Source: Chitinophagaceae bacterium | GTDB taxonomy: Bacteria; Bacteroidota; Bacteroidia; Chitinophagales; Chitinophagaceae | Assembly: GCA_016715365.1 (NCBI GenBank) | Contig: JADKAM010000012.1 | Span: 34,785 to 98,784, forward strand | Length of the DNA stretch: 64,000 bases | Direction of reading: 5' to 3' | In this document: piece after piece, positions 1 through 8,098 of the stretch | How the letters are laid out: each line of letters opens with the position of its first letter | Numbering within the stretch: position 1 is the first letter of the stretch | Made by a program: the position numbers and the translations under genes | Notes under the pieces: generated by a model | What the model was told of the DNA's origin: nothing | Databases searched by the model: none | What the model saw: the letters and a program-made list of their open reading frames with translations, nothing else

Positions 1-3
1 AGT

Positions 4-1038
4 ATGGACAGGCGTGTCTTTACACATATTGTTTATCCGTTTAAAAGAGGCGATGCAAAAGATTCACTTTATTTTATCAGGCTTTTACAAAAAAGACTGA
101 CAGAAAGTAATTGCCTGCCTGCAACCACCAGATCACCCGACTCGGCAACGCTGGCAAATGCTATAAAAAAATACCAGGTACAAAAAGGGCTTACCGCCGA
201 CGGTAAATACGGAAAAAATATAGTAGCAGCGCTGAACAGTAACGATGTAGAAAGATTTAAAAGAATAGCCATTACATTAGACAGGTACAAGCAACTGCCT
301 GCAAAAATGCCGGATAAATATATATGGGTTAACCTGCCGGGGTATTACCTGCACCTGGTCAATGCAGATACAGTTGTGTTTGAATCGAAAATTATTTGTG
401 GCAAGCCTGAAACCAGGACACCACTGCTTACTTCTGAAATTTCGGATATCATCACTTACCCAACCTGGACGGTGCCCACCAGTATTATTGTAAAACAATA
501 TTTGCCTAAACTTAAAAATAATCCGAATTATATTTCACGCCTGGGGTTAAAATTAATGAATAACAAAGGCGAAGTGATTGATCCCGGTTCGGTTAACTGG
601 AGTAAGTATTCACGGGGCATTCCATACAGGGTGGTGCAGGGCAGCGGCGATAATAATTCTTTGGGTGTTATCAAATTTAATTTCGATAATCCTTATGCAG
701 TTTATCTGCATGATACCAACCAGCGGTATCTTTTTAAAAATGCATCACGTGCATTAAGCCACGGTTGTGTGCGTGTGCAGGAATGGGAAAAACTGGCCTA
801 TTATATTGCCGGCAACGACAGTTCATTAAGCATAAGAAAAGATTCATTAAAATATACGGCTGATTCGATCAGAAGCTGGATTGCTCAAAAAGAACGTCAT
901 CACATTGATGTTAAAAACCACATCGCTTTGTTCATCCGTTATTTTTCCTGCGAAGGGAAAAAAGGCAAAGTAGTATTTTACGAAGATATATACGGAGAAG
1001 ACAGGCAACTGATGGAAAAGTATTTTGCAAGGAAGTGA
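4..1038 (+). CDS. L,D-transpeptidase (YcbB/YkuD-like) with peptidoglycan-binding domain; probably 5'-truncated by the window edge
   Basis: PG-binding motif (AIKKYQVQKGLTADGKYG), WVNLPGYYL, and catalytic region VYLHDT...SHGCVRV. The frame is open from base 1. Confidence 0.9.
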   Translation: MDRRVFTHIVYPFKRGDAKDSLYFIRLLQKRLTESNCLPATTRSPDSATLANAIKKYQVQKGLTADGKYGKNIVAALNSNDVERFKRIAITLDRYKQLPAKMPDKYIWVNLPGYYLHLVNADTVVFESKIICGKPETRTPLLTSEISDIITYPTWTVPTSIIVKQYLPKLKNNPNYISRLGLKLMNNKGEVIDPGSVNWSKYSRGIPYRVVQGSGDNNSLGVIKFNFDNPYAVYLHDTNQRYLFKNASRALSHGCVRVQEWEKLAYYIAGNDSSLSIRKDSLKYTADSIRSWIAQKERHHIDVKNHIALFIRYFSCEGKKGKVVFYEDIYGEDRQLMEKYFARK

Positions 1039-1057
1039 AAACTGCGAACAATAAATT

Positions 1058-1537
1058 ATGTTATCTTTAAAAATGTGCATGAAGCCAATATCTATTAAAT
1101 ACAGATTTTTACTTCACTGTTTTACAGCAATTTTGATTAGTTTTTTTATTCAGCCTTTAGCGCTTAATGCGCAAAAGAATGATGTCATAAAAGAAACTCC
1201 CGCCAAAACAACTTCCAAAAAAGCAACCCGTGTTTTTTATGGTCAGGCCAGTTTTTATGCCAATAAATTTAATGGCAGGCGTACTGCAAGCGGCGAAATT
1301 TTTGATCAGAAAAAATTTACCTGCGCCTGTAATGTTTTACCGCTTGGTACCTGGGTTAAAGTAACCAATTTAAAAAACAAGCGAACAGTAATTGTAAAGA
1401 TCAACGATCGTATTCATCCTAAAATGCGGCGGGTTGCAGATTTATCGAAAGCTGCAGCGCAAAAACTCGGTTATATTTCAAGCGGGCTTACCCGTGTTAA
1501 AGTTGAGGTGGTGGATAAAAAGTTGATTCCCCGTTAA
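1058..1537 (+). CDS. rlpA: Septal ring lytic transglycosylase RlpA family protein (start may be 1079)
   Basis: GQASFYANKFNGRRTASGE, LPLGTWVKVTN, VKINDR, DLSKAAA: the double-psi beta-barrel RlpA signature. Confidence 0.92.
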   Translation: MLSLKMCMKPISIKYRFLLHCFTAILISFFIQPLALNAQKNDVIKETPAKTTSKKATRVFYGQASFYANKFNGRRTASGEIFDQKKFTCACNVLPLGTWVKVTNLKNKRTVIVKINDRIHPKMRRVADLSKAAAQKLGYISSGLTRVKVEVVDKKLIPR

Positions 1538-1654
1538 ATTGTATGTTCTATTTTTAATATATGGATTGATTTTGGGGGATAATATAGTTGTAATAATATT
1601 TTATCTTTTGAAGTTAAGCAGCTATTTTTGTTGCGATTTAGAAAATTAACTATT

Positions 1655-2986
1655 ATGAAGAAAATCTTATTAGCATTTATAGGCCTTGGCCTGTTTGTTT
1701 CATCTTTCGGACAAGGTGAATATAAAAAAAGACCCTCCTTTGGAATTCATTTCATTTTGAATGATTTCAATACTGCTCAAAGTATCAGAAGCAAGGGGTT
1801 GGCAAACACTGTAAACTCAAAAGTTTGGCACAGAACCAATGCAATGTCTGCCGGTATGGCAATCAGCTATTTACAGGGTATGAATGATAATCTTGATTTT
1901 GCCGGTTCTTTGTCGGGCTCTTTTCTAAAATACCCCAATGCAAAAATAATTGCTCCCGAACCGCTTTTATTGCTGGAAGGAACTGCAACGCTTAACTTAA
2001 AATTATTGTCTGATAAATATATTTTGAATCCATTCCTTACAGCAGGTATTGGTGGTTCAAAATTTGGTGGATACTATGCTGCATTTGTGCCATTGGGTAT
2101 CGGTGCACAGGTAAAAGTTGTTGATGAGGTTTATATGGTACTTAATTCTCAATATCGTGTACCGGTTACAGAAAATGCCTCTTATCATTTTTATCATAGC
2201 CTGGGCGTTGTTGCTCCGTTATTTAAAAAGAAAGAACCGGCACCGGTTGTAATTCCAATTCCGGTTGTTGAGCCTCCCAAAGACAGGGATGGTGATGGTA
2301 TACTGGATTCACTTGACAGATGCCCGGATGTAGCTGGACTGGCTTCTTTACAGGGCTGCCCCGACAGAGACGGCGATGGTATTACCGATGCTGAAGATAA
2401 ATGCCCTGAAGTTCCGGGTTTGGCCCGCTACCAGGGTTGCCCGATTCCGGATACTGATAAAGATGGCCTGAATGATGAAGTTGATAAATGCCCAACTGTT
2501 CCGGGTGTAGCCCGTTACCAGGGTTGTCCGATTCCGGATACGGATGGTGATGGTGTAAATGACGAAGAAGATAAGTGTATTAATGAAAAAGGGCCTGCTT
2601 CAAACTATGGTTGTCCTGTTATCAGCGAAGAAATTATTAAGCGTGTTAATTTAGCTGCTAAAAACGTATTCTTCGCAACTGCAAGCGATAAATTATTAAA
2701 GCAATCAAACAAGCGGTTAGATGATGTTGTTACTATTTTAAATGAGAACCCAACTTTCAAAGTACAAATAGATGGACATACTGATGCGCAGGGTAAAGAT
2801 GAATATAACCTGGACCTGTCTAATAGAAGAGCTGCTTCAGTTAAAGCATATTTAGCTGGTAAGGGTATTGCTGAAAGCCGTTTATCATCTACGGGCTATG
2901 GCGAAACCAAGCCAGTTGCCGATAACACTAAAGCTGCCGGCCGTGCACAAAACAGAAGAGTTGAAATGACTTTAAGTAACTATTAA
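1655..2986 (+). CDS. OmpA family outer-membrane protein with thrombospondin type-3 (DxDGDG) repeats
   Basis: Signal peptide from ATG 1655, five DxDxDG..D.CP repeats (two near-identical at DNA level, 2396 and 2483), C-terminal OmpA domain (GHTD...LSNRRAASV...NRRVE). Confidence 0.93.
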   Translation: MKKILLAFIGLGLFVSSFGQGEYKKRPSFGIHFILNDFNTAQSIRSKGLANTVNSKVWHRTNAMSAGMAISYLQGMNDNLDFAGSLSGSFLKYPNAKIIAPEPLLLLEGTATLNLKLLSDKYILNPFLTAGIGGSKFGGYYAAFVPLGIGAQVKVVDEVYMVLNSQYRVPVTENASYHFYHSLGVVAPLFKKKEPAPVVIPIPVVEPPKDRDGDGILDSLDRCPDVAGLASLQGCPDRDGDGITDAEDKCPEVPGLARYQGCPIPDTDKDGLNDEVDKCPTVPGVARYQGCPIPDTDGDGVNDEEDKCINEKGPASNYGCPVISEEIIKRVNLAAKNVFFATASDKLLKQSNKRLDDVVTILNENPTFKVQIDGHTDAQGKDEYNLDLSNRRAASVKAYLAGKGIAESRLSSTGYGETKPVADNTKAAGRAQNRRVEMTLSNY

Positions 2987-3009
2987 TATATTTTATTGTC
3001 TACGGACAC

Positions 3010-3044
3010 AAAGCCCCCGCAGTTTGCGGGGGCTTTTTATTTTT
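3010..3044 (+). terminator. Rho-independent terminator after ompA
   Basis: AAAGCCCCCGC-agttt-GCGGGGGCTTT followed by a T-tract. Confidence 0.9.
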
Positions 3045-3119
3045 GAACCTGTATCAAAATTGTAAAATTTTGTTATTAAAAAATACAACTATAACTTACT
3101 GCAGATTTTGCATAATTTC

Positions 3120-5582
3120 ATGCAACAAAACTATCTCCCTGTGCAAAAAACTACATTCCGGCTTTACAGCATCTTCTTATTTGCAGCATTTGCTTCACTA
3201 ACGGTTAAGGCTCAAACGATAGAAAACAGCATCAACCTGTATGGTAATAATTTCCCCCAGGAAAAAATCCATATTCACTTCGATAAGGAAACGTACATGC
3301 CGGGCGAAACCATTTGGTTTAAAGCATACCTGCTTGAAGAAAATTTACCATCAGAACGCAGCACCAATTTTTATGCTGCATTGTACGATGAGCAGGGAAA
3401 GCTGGTTCAGCAAAAGATAAGCCCGGTATTTAAGGGCAGCAGCGATGGTTTTTTTGTTATACCCGACAGTGTAAGTTCTTCGCAATTAATATGCAGGGCT
3501 TATACCGGCTGGATGCTGAATTTTGATACCAGTATGTTGTTTAGCCGTGCTATAAAAATACGCAGCAATAAAAACCAGGGGCCGGTTGCAACAGCCACCA
3601 AAACAGTAAGCCTTCAGTTTTTTCCTGAAGGTGGTGATATAATAGAAGGAACGGTAAACACCATTGCATTTAAAACTAATTACAATAACGGCTTACCTTA
3701 TTTTATTGATGGAGTAATAAAAAAGCAGGAAACAGGAGAAGTGATGATGCCCCTTACTGTGCAACATGATGGAATGGGTAAATTTGATCTTGATTTTCAG
3801 GCAGGTGATAAATATTATGCCGAGTGGCTTGATAACAATGCTGTAAAGCAGCAAACCATGCTGCCCGATGCAAAACAACGGGGCGTTTCTTTAAAGCTTA
3901 CCGTACAAAAAGATAAACTGTATTTTAACCTGGTAAATAAAACTGGCACCGATTCGCTGCATGTACTCATGTACATGTATCAAAAAGTCTTTTACAAAAC
4001 AAACCTGGCAGTGCTGGCAGCAGAGCCATTTACCGGAATGGTGCCACTAACGGCTTTACCATCGGGCACCATGCAGTTAACCGTTTTTGATGCCAACTGG
4101 AAACCCGTAGCAGAAAGGGTTGCATTTATCAACAATAACAATTTTACCATCAATGCTGCCATCAATTCAAAAGAGATCAGCACACAAAAAAGAGGCAAGA
4201 ATACACTGGAAATTTTAGTGGCCGATACAATACCTGCAAATATGTCGCTGAGTATTTCTGATGCCGATATGAATGGTGACATGACTTCCAATACCATTGT
4301 AAGTGATTTTTTATTAAAGGGCGATCTGAAAGGTTATATACACAACCCGGCTTTTTATTTTGCAAACAATTCCGATGCCACATTAAAGACCAAACTGGAT
4401 CTGGTAATGCTTACCCATGGCTGGCGCAGGTACAACTGGGCAGATATGCTGGTACAAAAAATGCCCGCCATCAATATCCCGGCCGACGATTACCTGGCAG
4501 TGTACGGGCAGGTAGCTAAAGAGGCAATGGGCAAACTGGAAAAAGATGAGCCGGTAAACCTGATCGTTAAAACGATTGACAGTGTCAACAGTTTTTATTC
4601 TGTGATGCCCGAAAAATCCGGTGTTCTTAAACAGAGCGGCTTGATATTTTATGATTCGGCCAGGGTTTATTTTACTTTCAATAAATCAAAACCGCTGAAT
4701 AAGCAGATGGCTTTCAGCAAATCAAATTTTACGCTTAACCAGCCCTTATCTATCAATAATTTTAATAACTACCTGTTAGCCGATACAAGCGGAACCAACC
4801 TTAACCAGAATGCATCGCTGTTTAATTATTATAAAAAGAATAACGGCATCAGTTTATTTAATAATGAAAAAACAATAGAAGGGGTGGTGGTAAAATCGGG
4901 CAGGGGCCGCAACTGGAAAAATGATCCCCTGGTAAAGCTGGATGAAAAATATGCTTCCGGGATGTTTTCTGGTGGTGCCGGTGCATTTTCAGTAGATGTG
5001 CTGCATGATGAAAAAGCCTGGACAAAACTGGACTTTTACGGTTATATCCGCAGTATGGTTCCGGGCCTGGTAATTGGTAATTTTAACCTGGCCTCGGGCA
5101 GGTCTTTATCATACGGTGGTTTACCTGTGCTGGTTTATATTGATGAGCATGAAATGACAACCAGTGACCTGGAGAACCTGAGCCTTACACAGATATCCTA
5201 CATAAAAATGATACCCAATTTTGCCGGCAGGGGTGCCGATCCCGGCGGAAGGTCTGTCAATCCCGCTATATCTGTTTATACCCGTAAAGGTGATGACCTG
5301 ATAGACCGTACTCCAAAAGAAACAGATCTGAACATGGTGAAAATTGCAGGTTATTCTCCTCTCAAGGAATTTTATTCACCCGATTATTCGCAAAGCAATA
5401 CAAGCGGCGGCACTGATGCCAGAACAACTTTGTTGTGGATGCCGTATATCTTAACTGATAAAACCAACCGCAAAGTGCCCGTTACTTTTTATAATAACGA
5501 TTTCACAAAAAAGATGCGGATCGTGTTGGAAGGGATCAATGATGATGGAAAAATGATCAGGATAGAAAAGATCGTAGAATAA
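3120..5582 (+). CDS. Conserved Bacteroidota secreted protein: MG2-like N-terminus plus TonB-plug-like C-terminal domain
   Basis: EKIHIHFDKETYMPGETIWFKAY (MG2-like), FFPEGG, LVMLTHGWRRY, plug-like segment ending ISVYTRKG, and TLLWMP...LEGI C-terminus. Signal peptide ends at VKA. Confidence 0.7.
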   Translation: MQQNYLPVQKTTFRLYSIFLFAAFASLTVKAQTIENSINLYGNNFPQEKIHIHFDKETYMPGETIWFKAYLLEENLPSERSTNFYAALYDEQGKLVQQKISPVFKGSSDGFFVIPDSVSSSQLICRAYTGWMLNFDTSMLFSRAIKIRSNKNQGPVATATKTVSLQFFPEGGDIIEGTVNTIAFKTNYNNGLPYFIDGVIKKQETGEVMMPLTVQHDGMGKFDLDFQAGDKYYAEWLDNNAVKQQTMLPDAKQRGVSLKLTVQKDKLYFNLVNKTGTDSLHVLMYMYQKVFYKTNLAVLAAEPFTGMVPLTALPSGTMQLTVFDANWKPVAERVAFINNNNFTINAAINSKEISTQKRGKNTLEILVADTIPANMSLSISDADMNGDMTSNTIVSDFLLKGDLKGYIHNPAFYFANNSDATLKTKLDLVMLTHGWRRYNWADMLVQKMPAINIPADDYLAVYGQVAKEAMGKLEKDEPVNLIVKTIDSVNSFYSVMPEKSGVLKQSGLIFYDSARVYFTFNKSKPLNKQMAFSKSNFTLNQPLSINNFNNYLLADTSGTNLNQNASLFNYYKKNNGISLFNNEKTIEGVVVKSGRGRNWKNDPLVKLDEKYASGMFSGGAGAFSVDVLHDEKAWTKLDFYGYIRSMVPGLVIGNFNLASGRSLSYGGLPVLVYIDEHEMTTSDLENLSLTQISYIKMIPNFAGRGADPGGRSVNPAISVYTRKGDDLIDRTPKETDLNMVKIAGYSPLKEFYSPDYSQSNTSGGTDARTTLLWMPYILTDKTNRKVPVTFYNNDFTKKMRIVLEGINDDGKMIRIEKIVE

Positions 5583-5585
5583 TAT

Positions 5586-5624
5586 TTCCGGTGAGCCATC
5601 TTTAAGTAAAGCGGCTCACCGGAA
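5586..5624. terminator. Hairpin between convergent genes (probable bidirectional terminator)
   Basis: TTCCGGTGAGCC...GGCTCACCGGAA, a perfect 12-bp stem. Confidence 0.75.
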
Positions 5625-5628
5625 TGTT

Positions 5629-8004
5629 TTAATAATCATTCGCCGTCTTTGGCTTCACCGGTTTCCTGGTCTTATCTTCTGCCGGCTTTTGAAGCGGTTG
5701 CGCAGGTTTCTTATCCTCAGGCTTTTTCGATTTTCCGGTATCGGGTAAAGCAGCAGCAGGAATCTGGCTTTCTATTTTAATATTCTCATCCGGTTTATTA
5801 TCCGGTGGCGGCGGTACATTAAAAAAATCATCGGCATTGCCATTGCCTTCATCAATCGTAGTACTGTCTCCCTCTTTAAAATATTTGTCCATATTGGCAT
5901 CCGCATAAATCGGGTCATTGGTCAGCTCCAGCGGTTTTTCAAATTTGGTGATCTTACCGTAACCTAATTTTTTATCGGCATACACTTTACTCATAAAAAT
6001 ACCCCAGCCCGGTGCCGACATCTCGGCTCCACCTGCCGTACCCGAATAGATCTGTATAAAAGGGTCATCGCAACCTACCCAGGTACCAGCCAGCAATTCG
6101 GGTGTATAGCCAATAAACCAGCCATCAGCATTGTTATTGGTGGTACCGGTTTTGCCGGCTTTTTCAACCGGTATGTTATAGCTGTTTAATCTTCTGCCGG
6201 TACCAAATTTTATTACGCCCTGCATTAAAGTTGCCATGGTATAAGCATCCGATTCGGCAATTACCTGTTTTGAAACAGCCGTAAATTCTTCCAGCATATT
6301 ACCGCTTTTGTCTTCAATACGGTTCATGAGAATGGGCTCGGTATTTAAACCTTTATTGGGGAACATGGTATAACCCTGCAGCATTTCCATCAACGGAATT
6401 TCAGCCGCTCCCAATGCAATTGAATAATAGGGTGGAACCTTGGTGGTGATACCGCAGGTTTGAATAAATTCTATGGTTCTTTTTACACCTACCTGGCCTA
6501 TCAAACGCCAGGCTGCAATATTTTTTGAGTGGGCTAAACAATAAGCAACGGTACCTGCACCACCCGATATGGTTTTGCCACCCAGCGATAATGCACCTCC
6601 GGGAATAACTGTTTCGGGAGTGTAACCGGCTTCATCAATGGCTAACGTGTAAACAAAGGGTTTGAAAGTTGATCCTACCTGCCTCATTTGAGTCACGTGG
6701 TCGTACTTAAACCACTTAAAATCTATACCACCAACCCAGCATTTAACTTCGCCGGTATGCGGATCCATGGCTGCAAAATTGGTTTGTAATATCTGCTTGT
6801 GGTATTTGATGGAGTCGAAAGGAGTCAACACAGTATCTTTTACTCTTTTTGCATTCCAGGCAAATACTTTCATTTTTACCGGGATGTAAAAAGTCTTTTT
6901 TATATCTTCTTCCGATACCCCGTCTTCTTTCATGCTCTTCCAACGGTCGGTATATTTAAAGGCTGCTTCAATAATATTATCGTGCCCCTTCCACATCCTT
7001 TTACCACTGTTTTTCATGATCCAGTCCAGCTTTTTTTGAATAACCGGCATGTGCTGTACAACTGCTTCTTCGGCATAGCGCTGCATGCGTGAATCGATGG
7101 TGGTATATATTTTTAAACCGTCCCTGTACAGGTTGTAAGGTTCGCCGGTTTTGGGATTTTCATGTTTTTTGCACCAGGCTTTTAATTTATCGGCCAGCAC
7201 GGTACGGAAGTAAGGGGCTATACCAATATTTTCATCAATCTTTTTGTAATTGGTTATTAAAGGTTTTGCTTTAAGTTTTGCTGCATCGGCTTCGGTTAAA
7301 AAATGTTGCTTACAAACTGCCATCTGGTTTATTACTGTATTTCTTCTGTCAATAGAAGCTTTGGGATAACCAATAGGATTATAAATAAACCCTTTCAGCA
7401 TACCGATCAATACAGCAGCCTCTTCAATTTTTAAATCCTTTGGTTCTTTTTGAAAATAGGTGATGGAAGCATTGCGGATGCCCCAGACATTTCCCCAGGG
7501 TGCCCTGTTCAGGTAAAGCGTAATGATCTCTTCCTTGGTAAAATTTCTTTCCAGTTTAACCGCCACGATCCATTCTTTTATTTTTTGAACGCCCCTGGTA
7601 AGAACATTGCCACGCCCCTGGCCCAACATTAATTTGGCAACCTGTTGCGTAATCGTACTGCCGCCGCCATCCCTGCCCAGTGTAACCACTGCACGAACGA
7701 AGGCTTTTGCATCAATACCGGAGTGATCATAAAAACGTTCATCTTCAGTAGCAATTAAAGCATTGATTGCATTGGGCGATATCTCATTATACTTTACTTC
7801 GCTTCTGTTCTCTGTATAATATTTTCCCATGAGTATACCATCGCTGGAATATATTTCACTGGCCAGGTCAGCTTCGGGATTTTGTAACTGCTCTACAGAA
7901 GGCATTTTACCAAACACGCCAAAATTGGCAAGGGTAAACATGAGTATCACAAAAATAAATCCGCCAATAAATACCCGCCATAAAATTTTAACTGAACGCT
8001 TCAT
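5629..8004 (-). CDS. Penicillin-binding protein 1A (class A transglycosylase-transpeptidase)
   Basis: N-terminal TM, GT51 motifs EDERF and GGGSTITQQ, transpeptidase SxxK (GSTFKP), SxN (SKN) and KTGT. Confidence 0.95.
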   Translation of the reverse strand: MKRSVKILWRVFIGGFIFVILMFTLANFGVFGKMPSVEQLQNPEADLASEIYSSDGILMGKYYTENRSEVKYNEISPNAINALIATEDERFYDHSGIDAKAFVRAVVTLGRDGGGSTITQQVAKLMLGQGRGNVLTRGVQKIKEWIVAVKLERNFTKEEIITLYLNRAPWGNVWGIRNASITYFQKEPKDLKIEEAAVLIGMLKGFIYNPIGYPKASIDRRNTVINQMAVCKQHFLTEADAAKLKAKPLITNYKKIDENIGIAPYFRTVLADKLKAWCKKHENPKTGEPYNLYRDGLKIYTTIDSRMQRYAEEAVVQHMPVIQKKLDWIMKNSGKRMWKGHDNIIEAAFKYTDRWKSMKEDGVSEEDIKKTFYIPVKMKVFAWNAKRVKDTVLTPFDSIKYHKQILQTNFAAMDPHTGEVKCWVGGIDFKWFKYDHVTQMRQVGSTFKPFVYTLAIDEAGYTPETVIPGGALSLGGKTISGGAGTVAYCLAHSKNIAAWRLIGQVGVKRTIEFIQTCGITTKVPPYYSIALGAAEIPLMEMLQGYTMFPNKGLNTEPILMNRIEDKSGNMLEEFTAVSKQVIAESDAYTMATLMQGVIKFGTGRRLNSYNIPVEKAGKTGTTNNNADGWFIGYTPELLAGTWVGCDDPFIQIYSGTAGGAEMSAPGWGIFMSKVYADKKLGYGKITKFEKPLELTNDPIYADANMDKYFKEGDSTTIDEGNGNADDFFNVPPPPDNKPDENIKIESQIPAAALPDTGKSKKPEDKKPAQPLQKPAEDKTRKPVKPKTANDY

Positions 8005-8098
8005 GTATAAATGATTTGAAAGTAATTGTGTTAACAGTTGTCAAACATAAAACTGCCTAAAACTAATTAAAGCAATTAAAACAGTTTAACGATTGTTG

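Noticed and set aside
2278-2610. DNA repeats inside ompA as a separate element
   Set aside because: Explained by the thrombospondin type-3 Ca-binding protein repeats.
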